Shown one piece after another: positions 55,076 through 64,000 of a stretch of DNA of 64,000 nt. The notes under the pieces were generated by a model. The model was not told the origin of the DNA and ran no database searches. It was given only the letters and a program-made list of their open reading frames with translations. Source of the stretch: Hyaloraphidium curvatum SAG 235-1 (lineage: Eukaryota; Fungi; Monoblepharomycota); assembly GCA_025558095.1 (NCBI GenBank), contig JAIVFI010000004.1, positions 868,001 to 932,000 on the forward strand, read 5' to 3'. Both the position numbers and the translations under genes were made by a program. Each line of letters begins with the position of its first letter. The stretch's first letter is position 1.

Positions 55076-56907
55076 ATGACGTCTTTGGAACTTGCGAACG
55101 GCGGCGCCGGGTCGGCGGACCCGCAGGCGCCGTCTCCCGCGCCCGGCGCAGCGCCCGCTGCCCCTGCGCAGGACGCCCTCGCGGGCGGATCCCCGGCCGC
55201 CGCACCGCCACCGAACCCCTCGAACGGGCATGTTGACTATAATATCGCTGCGAACGGGGCGCCGTTGCAGGACTCGGGGAACGATGTCGTTGCGGCAGCG
55301 GCCACTCCGCCCCCGCCGAAAAAGGAGCTCTTCATCTCGTCGGACCCTGACTCGTGGATGTACAAGGTCGCCCACTCGCCGAGTTTTGCGGTCGCCGTAG
55401 TGGCCGCCGCCGTGGCCGTGGACACGCTGGTGTACTCGATCGTGATACCGCTGCTGCCCTTCATCTTCGAGCGTCTGGGATACCCCATCGACACCTCGGA
55501 CGGCAAGGGCTCGTCGGCACTCATCGGCGTGCTCGTGGCCCTGTTCGGCGTCGGCATCCTCGTCTCGTCGCCGGTGTACGGCTGGGTCTCGGACCGCTAC
55601 AGGAACCGCAAGTGGCCCATGGTCGCCGGCCTGGCCGTGCAGCTCCTGGCCATCGTCATGTTCATGCTGGCCAACTCGCTCGGCCTGCTGTACTTTGCCC
55701 GCTTCCTGCAGGGCGTCGCCGGTGCCGCCATCTGGACCATCGGCCTTGCCTTTATCTCGGACCTGTTCCCGGCGCACGAGCTCGGAAGGGCCATGTCGAC
55801 CGTGTTCCTGGGGTTGAACGTGGGCATGCTGATCGGGCCCGTGGTCGGCGGCATCCTGTTTGAACAATTAGGGTACTACGCGCCCTTCATCCTCAACATT
55901 GTGGCTATAGCTGTGGACATGTTCCTGCGACTGATCGTCGCCGAGCCCGACCACACGCTCGACCGCGCTTCCCGCACGGGCTTCGGCACCACCGCCCGCG
56001 CCGACCCCGCCCAGACCGCCGCCATCGCCGCCGCCGTCGAGGCCGCCGATTCCTCCCCGCTCCCCTCGGAGCCGCCGGAGCGCACGCTGCACCGCACCAA
56101 GCTCAACTGGACCGTCCTCCGCACGCCCAACCCGACCTTCTGGCAGCTCTGCGCCGACCCCTGCGTGATGATCATGTGCTGGCTCGTGACCGTCGCCGGG
56201 ATCGGGATCGGATCGATCGAGGCGGTGATACCGCTGCACCTCGCCAACGAGCCGTTCGCGGCGAATTCGACCACCATCGGGCTGGTATTCCTCGCTTTCG
56301 TGATACCCAACTGCATCGGGGCCATTGTTTCGGGCTGGCTCAGGGACAGGTTCGGGAGCAAGTGGATCCTGTACGCCGGCCTGGTCATCTCGGCCGTAGC
56401 GGCGCCGCTGGTCGCCGTGCCGGGTAACTACGCAGGGTTCTGCGTGGCGCTCGCCGTGTACGGCTGGGCGAACGCCATGGCGACCGCGCCAGGGCTGCCG
56501 GAGCTGGCGCTGCTCGTGCCCGAGAGCGCCGCCGCAAAGGTGCGCTGGTCCCGCCCGGACGTCCGATTCCGTTCTGACTTGCCCCGCCCGCCCCCCGCCA
56601 GGTGTTTTCCATCTTCAACATCTTCTTTTCCTGCGGAGTCATCGTCGGCCCCCTCATCGGCGGCGCCCTGTACGGCGCCTCCTCCTTCCCCGGTCTCCCC
56701 GGCATGGGCAAGCTCATGGGCCCGATGCTGCTCGTGGCGGCGTTCAACGCCGTGTCGGTGCCGCTCATGGCGGGGTACTTCTGGCTCAAGAGGGAGCGGG
56801 ACGAGGTGGAGGCGCAGGAGAGGTGGGAGGGGGACATGGTCAAGGTGGAGGCCGGGGATGCAGTGACGGGAAAGAGCAATGCGGACGTCAAGGCCCAGGA
56901 AGTGTAG
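55076..56907 (+). CDS. MFS transporter (vesicular amine transporter/SLC18-like)
   Basis: DTLVYSIVIPLLP, GWVSDRYRNRK, ARFLQG, GPVVGGILF..LGYYAPF; 12 TM; one intron ~56540-56601. Confidence 0.92.
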
Positions 56908-57322
56908 TGCTGATGAGAATGCTTCACGTGGTGAAGGATGCCAAAGCGATCGTCCGGCTGATCATCGGGATGATGCGACTGTCGGTGTTTTGAATACGTC
57001 GAACACGAGGTCAGGCCGCTCACGCACCGTGCACCGTGCAGCGTCATTTATCACATTCTTCGTTGCGCAACGTCCACCCGCGTGGCTTTCAGAAACCGGG
57101 CGTGACCGGCGAGGCCGAAGCTCCGCCTCAGCCATCCGGCACCGACAACCGCCCGCGTCCATTCCGCCGTCCGCCGCGGCCACGCCCTGAACCCGAATTC
57201 CGCCCGCATTCCACGTGAGTCTCGCGCGCGGGGGACGCCGCGGCGCAGGCGGCCCGGGAACGCGTCGCCGATCCCCCCGCACTCCGCGGACGCTCACGAA
57301 CCGCCCGCAGCAAACAAACAAA

Positions 57323-59050
57323 ATGCTCCGTGGTGGCCGCCGCGCCCCGCGCGCCATCGATGACAAGCGCTACAAGGTGCGATGCGGGGCGGGGCCTTCC
57401 CGGGGTTGTTCGCTGACGACACGGCGTCGCGCACTCCCCGCACCTTGTCCCCCCTTGCACCAAAAGATGCGGCAGAGCCTGATCTCCATCGGGGACGATT
57501 TCTGGATCGAAAACATGCGGGGACAGAGAATGTGGGTTGCGCGGCTGGCCGCCGGCCGGGCTGACCTCTCCCACCAACGACGCAGGTTCCGGATCAACGG
57601 AAAGGTTCTCACCCTGGGTGAGCATGCCCGTCGGCCCGAAGCGTAACTCATGATCTGATCATTCGCACGTCCATCCTCGTTGCCAGCAAACACGCTCGTC
57701 TTCGAGACCCCCCGCGGCGACCCCCTCTGCCAGATCCAGTCCCGCATCCTGACCATCCGCCGCACCATGGACATCGAGCGGTACAGATCCCACGGCCCGC
57801 CGTTCGCGACGGTCAAGAAGGACCTGATCAACCTCGTGCGGGACGAGTACGACGTGGACGTGGCGGGCAAGCCGCCGCTCAGGGTGAGGGGCAACATCTT
57901 GGACCACGAGTACAAGGTGCTGGGGCAGGGCGGCCGCACCGTGGCCGAGATTTCCAAGCGCTGGCTGGCCCTGGTGGACACCTACGTGATCGACATCGAC
58001 GACGACAACGACGACTACGAGGATTGGTGGGCCGCTGCACCCCGCCGCCGAGAAGCCATCTCACCGGCCGTCCGGCCGTCCGGCCGTCCGACCAGGCTCA
58101 TCCTCGCCATCTGCGTCGCCGTCGACCAGATGTCGCACGACAAGCGGGTCGACGAGACCCCCGGCGTGCACACCGTCAGCCAGGGCAACCACCTCGGCGG
58201 CGCCGTCGCCGCGGGCGTGGGGCAGGCGGTGGTCAACAACCCCGTCGCGGGGGCCGGTGGGCATCCCCTTTGCTGCACGCGGATCGAATCCATCTGACGG
58301 GCTCGTGCGGTCGGACAGTCGCCGTCGGGGCCGCAACGGGCAGCGTCACCGCCGGGATCGTCACCGCCGCGGTCGCCACCTCGGCCCAGCAGCAGCAGCA
58401 GCAGCAGCAGCAGGCGCCCCCCCAGCCGTACTACCCTCCGCCTCCCAGGCCCCCTCCGGTCGCGCCTGTACCCGCGGCGCTTCCTCCGGGGTGGATCCAG
58501 CAGCAGGACCCTGCGAGCGGCGCCTGGTTTTTTGTCGACACCACGCGCGGCTTCACGACCTGGGTCGGTGCCGTCCGATCGAGGTCCGCTCACGCTGATC
58601 CCGTCTTCCCTTCATTATGCCGTGCAGGACGATCCCAGGACCGCAGCAGGTGGGTCCGCCCCCGCACCCCGTCTTCCTCCTCCGATCCGACCCGCCTCCC
58701 CGCAGTCGAAACCGGCCCCCTCCCCCCCGCCCCCGTCGCCCCTCCTCCGCAACCCGTGTACGCCCCGCCTCCCCCCGTCGCCGTTCCGCCCCCGCAGCAA
58801 ACCTACGCCCCCGCCGCCCCGCCCCCGCAGCAGGCCTACGCGCCGCCCCCGGGCCCGCCGCCGAAGCAGAAACCGGGGCTTGTGGCGACGATCGCCAAGG
58901 GGGCGCTGGTGAACGCCGGTGGGTCCGGTCGCGGGCGCGCCGTCGCGGGTCTGTTGAACCACGACACCGATCGCAGCGTTGGGGGGCAAGGGAGGCGTCG
59001 GCGCGGCGCTGGTCACGGGGTCGGTGCTCAACGCCGCGCAGAGGAAATAG
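57323..59050 (+). CDS. LURP-one-related (Tubby_C/scramblase-like) domain + WW domain + Pro-rich protein
   Basis: MRQSLISIGDDFWIEN, F.INGKVLTL, GNILDHEY, VAEISKRW...DTYVIDI, LILAICVAVD; LPPGWIQQQDPASGAWFFVDTTRGFTTW|DDPR. Confidence 0.8.
58387..58413 (+). repeat. (CAG)9 poly-Gln microsatellite
   Basis: cagcagcagcagcagcagcagcagcag. Confidence 0.9.
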
Positions 59051-59163
59051 CGCGGCCGGACGACGGGATCGAGATGTACACTGGCGGCGATCTTGTATTT
59101 TCAACACGTCACATGGTACCGGATCGCGGTCCCGCTCCCAACACGCGCAAACGAGCGGCTGCC

Positions 59164-60717
59164 TCAAAGCCTGCCCGAACCTGCGGAAGGCAAAGCGTTC
59201 AGCTCGGGGCCCCACCCAGCAGGCGCCCGGCACCCACCCTTTCTGACACCGTAGAAGGCGTTGCCCGGGTTCGGCACCGGGAACTCCTCGAAGCTCGTGG
59301 CGCCGGCGTCCCTGCAGAACTTTTCCGCGCGCGCGGGTCCCCAGGCTGTCCCCATTCCTCGTCAGCAGGACGTCTCCGCCATTTGCCCGGAGGACGACCC
59401 ACCGGCACCGAGCCCCAGCCCGCCCTGCGCGAGGCTCTGCGTCATGCAGTGCATGCACGACACCGAGTACAGGAACTGCCCCGCGGAGCCGATGTTCTCC
59501 TCGAGCCGGTTGCTGCAGCGGGGCTCGACCATGATGTACAGGCCCGTGGGCTTGAGCGCGGCCATGATCTCCTTGAGGCCGCGGAGGGGGTCGGGGAGGT
59601 CGTGCACGACGTCCTGTTCCGACAAAGGCCGAAGTCAGTGGGTCCATTTCGGCCGCCGCATGCCGGTTCGGGCAACCCACGAGGGTCATGATCACGTCGT
59701 ACGCGTCCCGCTCGCCGAGGTCATACACCGACCGCACCTCGGGGTGCATGTTCTTCCCCAGCACCCCCGCCTTCTCCGCGTTGGCCTTGGCGTGCTCGAT
59801 CGAGAGCTGGTCCAGGTCCACGCACACGAACTGCGAGTTGGGGAAGGCCTTGGCCATGAGCACGTCGGCCGAGCCGGCGCCGCAGCCGACGTCGAGGACG
59901 CGGATGCCCTTCTCGAGCTGCGCGACGAGGCCGGGAACCGCGGGGAGCCACTTGCGGACCAGAAGCGCTGTGGGAGGCGGGCAAGGACCATCGGCGTCAG
60001 TCGCAGCACGCGCCTAGTCCGTGTGACTACCCACCGTGCTGCCCGGCGTGCGTCCTGGCCATGCCCCTCACAACTTCAGGCCCGAAATCCTTGAACGCCA
60101 CCCCGCCCCCCTCCTTGAACGCCTTGGCCACGCCCGGTACGACGCTCCAGTACGCCGCCAGGTTCTCCAGCTGCCCGGCAAAGAACAGCGGGTGCGGCGT
60201 CTCCTGGGCCTCGTAGTTGTCGCACAGGATCAGCGCGTGCTCCTCGGGCAGCTCGAACTTGCCCAGGTCCAGAGACTGCGGGTCGGGGTGGGGGTGGTAC
60301 AGCACGAAGCCCGAGGCGGCCATGGCGGCGAGGGACTCCTTGAGGTAGCGGACCTGTGTTTGGGAGGCACCCGAGTGAGGTCGTGATTCCCGGGTTGCGG
60401 TAGAGGGCAACGCACCTGCAGGCCCGTCTCGGTGGCGATCTCCTCGCACGAGACGGGGCCCTTGTGCCGCATGGCGCGGAACACGCCGACGCGGTCGAGC
60501 ACGGCGGCGACGGCCATCATCGTCGTGTGCGTCTGCAGCATCTGTCTCCCCGGCACGGGTCAGACTCGGAGCACGCGTCCGGCAACACCGTCGCAATTCC
60601 CACGTTGAAGTACTGGAAGAACGGCCGCACGTCGGCCTTGTTGGTCGGCGTGCCGGCCTTGGGCGGCGTGTACCGGGCCTCGGTGAAGCTGTTAGCGGGC
60701 ACGAGCTGCTTCGACAT
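59164..60717 (-). CDS. Class I SAM-dependent methyltransferase with N-terminal winged helix (Rv2258c-like)
   Basis: EEIATETGLQ|VRYLKESL, VLDVGCGAG, AFPNSQF, DVVHDLPDP, LYSVSCMHCMTQSLAQGGLGLG|TAWG; about 5 introns; 3' end approximate. Confidence 0.85.
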
Positions 60718-60923
60718 GGCGGCGGCTTGATGGGGGAACGCGGAGGAGGCGGAACGACGGGAGGATGGGGGGCGCGGGCAGGGGGAGACGTTGCGGAACC
60801 TGGAGACGCCGCGTTCCCTTGCACCATCCTGCCTCCGATCGCTTTGTCATCCTTGAAAGCAATTCCCATCAGCCTGGAGACGCCGCCGCGTTCCCTTGCG
60901 CCATCCTCGTACACTACACTCAT

Positions 60924-63900
60924 TCAATCGACCATGGCCGCCTCGATCTCCTTCCGCAACTCCACCTCCTTCGCTTTGATCGACTGCAGCCCCTCCCGCG
61001 GCGCCAGAACCTCCAGCTCCGACACCACCGCCTTCTTCCACGCGGCATCCATCGCAGGGGTGCCCTTGATCGCACCGAACAGCTGCCCGAGGCAGCGCAG
61101 TGCGTTCTCCCGTACCGCCGAGTACTTGTAGTCCGCCAGCGCGCGCAGCAGTCCCCGCGCGAGGCGCAGCGCAGACGCGGGGTCCATCACCCGCATCCCG
61201 TCGTTGCAAGTCGCCAGGTCGAGCTTGGGCAGGAAGATCTCGAGGGACTGCAGCACCGCCTGCCGAAGGTTCCACGGCTGCAGCTCGTCGAGGCTGTCGG
61301 CGAGCAGCCCGGCCAGCTCCTTGGCGTGCTCCTCCTGCGTCGCCTTGGCCGTGCCCGCGGGCACGAACGCGGCCCCGTTGGCGGTCCCTTTGGCCTTATC
61401 CGGCGGCGCAACCATGGCGGGAAAGGCCTTGACAAGCGCTTTGTACGACGCCGCGCGGATGAGCAGCGAGAGAGGCGACACCCGCTTGCCCGAAATGGGC
61501 TCCCCCCTCGCGTCCTTCATCTGCACGTCCTCGTCGTCGTCCTCGTCGTCCCCCGCGTCCTTGGCCGCGTCGAACGACACCTCGCGCACGGCGGCGTACC
61601 AGTCCCGCCCCGGGAAGGCCTCGAGAAAGTTCCCCCACTGCTCGATGGCCAGGCGGCGGTATGGCCTGTTGTTCTTCTTGGCCTCGCGCACGAGCACCTT
61701 GAAGATGGCGTCGAGCTTGGCATCGCCCCCGGGCCCGGCAAACGATTCCTTGCCCGCCACCACGACCCCGACCAGGCCCTCGAGCACGGCCTCCTTGCCG
61801 TCCCACGTCCGGCCCGCGATCGCGTCCGTCATCACCTTGACCAGCCCGTCGACGTGCTGCCCCAGCGGGTTCCCCGACGACCCCGCCAGCGCCTTTGCCA
61901 GATCCCGCACCGTCTCCCCCGCCTGCCTCTTGACCCCCCAGCTCGCGCTTCCCCCCACCAGGCCCCCGAGGAGCCCCACCGTCTCGGCCAGGTACATCCG
62001 CAGCGCCGACGACGCCCCCGCCGTGTTGTCCTCCCACACGTCCTTCCACGCCCCCGCCACCTCCTCGTTGGGGTCGTGCATCCCGTAGTACGCCAGCGGC
62101 AGCGCGACGTCCAGGCAGCGCGACTTGAACGCGTCCGAGGAGTGCCGCGAGAGCTCGCGCATGGCAAAGGCGGGCACCAGCCCGGCGTCGGGGTCCTCCC
62201 CGGCGGCGGGGCCGGCGTACATGCCCCTGAGGTCCTCGACGAGCTTGCCCAGCGCGGCGGGGGAGCATGCCGAGCCGAGGTACCCGATGCTCACGGCGTA
62301 GGCCTTGCGGAGGGTCGGGTTGCGGTCGGAGACCATGCCCGCAAGCACCGCACGGAGCAGCGAGTCCGCGTCGGCGGGCTGGATCAGCGAGGGGTGCCGC
62401 ACGACCAGGGTGACGATGAACCGCGCGCACCCGGCCTTGGTGGGCAGGCCGACGCCCTTGCGCGCGATCTGGGCGAGCTTGGGGAGGATGGCGCCGATGT
62501 TGGTCCCGTCGACGTGGTCGACGGCGCCCTCGAGGGCCTGCATGACGGGCGAGCCCTTGGTCGCGCTCAGGCGGGAGCTGTCCAGCTGGTCCTGCGTGAC
62601 GCCGTACTTGTCCGCGTTGAGGGCGAGGTAGTTCATCATCTGCGGCTCGAGGTCCGAGAGCGACTCGAGCAGGACCGTGACGAGGTCGGCAACGTGCGGC
62701 CGGAGCAGGACGGCGCCCTTCTTGCAGAGCTTCATGATCGTCTGCAGCGCGAACGACCGCACGTCCTTGGCCATGTTGGTGAGCCCCTTGTGCAGCATGA
62801 AGGGCAGCACGATGTCCATGATCTTCTGGCCGTCCTTGGGGCTCGACACGGTCGGGTCCGCGAACTTGACCGTCACGCTCGTGAGGGTCTTGCAGGTCGA
62901 CAGCGCCGCGGTCCGCACGGTCTCCTTGATGTCGTCCAGGCACCGGAAGCACATGGTCCAGACCTCGTCCAGGTACGGCTGAAGCTGCTCGATCGAGCGC
63001 CCGTTCATGAGCTCGGCCATGGCTGAGCAGCTCGCCTCGCGGGTGCGCCACAGGCGGTCGCCCATCCCCGCGAGCAGATCCCGCGCGATGGCGTCAAAGT
63101 GCGCGTCGACGGCCTTCTGCGGCTCCTTGACCAGGGCACGCCAGATGTTCTGCATCGCCTCGGCGACCTTGGGATTGGCGTCGAAGCGGTAGCGGAAGAG
63201 CTTGGGCACGAGCGTGGGGAGGTACTGCGAGAGCTCCTCCTCGGCGGCGGCCATGATGGAGGCGATGCCCATCGACGCTCCGCGCCGCGAAGACCAGATG
63301 GCGTTGTGTGAGGCGAGATTCTGGTGAGGGACAGTTCGTTAGTCAACCAATCAAGAGTGCGGAAGAAGGTACTTTCCATAAAGCGATACACGAGCTCAGG
63401 ATTGTTCAAATCCGCGGCCAGAGACAGCACGGACTGGTATGTCGAGATTGCGCCGCCCGAGTCGCCCGGCGCTGACCCCAGGCTGGTCTCGAAAAGTTGC
63501 GTGTCGCCCGTGAGAGTGCCGCCTTCGCCTGCGACCCGCTTCTTGGTGTCGACGAGGGTCCCCATGAGCCCGCGGACGAGCTCGGAGCGGGTGTCCTTGT
63601 CCGCGAGCTCGTAGACCAGGCCGATGCCCTTGGAAGCGACCTCTTGCGTGAACTCTGTGGGTGAAGGCGAACCATTTCGTTACAGCTCGTAGCTGCATTG
63701 GCGTGAAAAGTCACCCACCGTCCCGATCAGTGAGAAGGCTCCTGAACGCCGAGTAGAGCCGTGGCATCCGCTTGCCAAACTCGGGCATCCCCGAGCAATG
63801 CCTCACGACCGCCAGCAGCCACACGCACACTGCCCTGCGCGCAGCCGCCCCGCCCTTGCTCATGATCCCCTCGAGGCTGGCGAAGATGCCGTCAAGCAGC

Positions 63901-64000
63901 GCCGGGTCGCGAGCCGTCCGGTCCGGAGGGGGGAAGGCGACGTCTGGGAGGTCGAGGTGCCGCGCAGCAGTGCTCGAGGACCACCCGCCCGCGACGGCGG
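60924..64000 (-). CDS. ECM29: Proteasome adaptor Ecm29 (HEAT repeats), 5' part outside window
   Basis: EFTQEVASKGIGLVYE, STYQSVLSLAADLNNPELVYRFM, LVPKLFRYRFD, WRTREASC, DDIKETVR, VGLPTKAG, GRTWDGKE. Confidence 0.95.

Noticed and set aside
53978-56866. 962-aa ORF as a GT-MFS fusion
   Set aside because: The N-terminal part is off-frame to the GT31 exon, which stops at 54749, and the MFS begins at ATG 55076.
1-64000. Many long overlapping ORFs (e.g. 854-2227 +, 18043-20361 +, 60765-63026 +)
   Set aside because: Arg/Gly/Pro-rich antisense or off-frame shadows of real genes, expected at this GC content.

Overview
GC-rich eukaryotic (fungal-type) genomic DNA, gene-dense (~31 loci). Introns are short (~50-75 nt), mostly GT-AG, usually with a GCTGAC/CTRAC branch site. 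Gene content (Fungal_trans factor, CBM18, UTP5, GDA1, ECM29) and style suggest an early-diverging zoosporic fungus such as a monoblepharid/chytrid; this is inference. Most long ORFs in the track are antisense shadows. Housekeeping genes are interleaved with lineage-specific F-box families and several genes built from bacterial-type domains. The most striking locus is a ~5.3 kb multi-exon gene for a secreted protein with four hevein/CBM18 chitin-binding modules fused to seven bacterial SdrD-B/Cna-B-like stalk repeats, a candidate chitin-anchored adhesin or holdfast protein. Other highlights: a 7-TM protein with insect gustatory-receptor-like (7TMIC) topology, a secreted permuted NlpC/P60 (C92) amidase fused to an Asp-box propeller, an intron-containing actinobacterial-type GSDH-NPCBM protein, a possibly secreted protein kinase, and F-box proteins with an XPA-like module. 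All domain calls come from motif recognition by eye, with no database searches.
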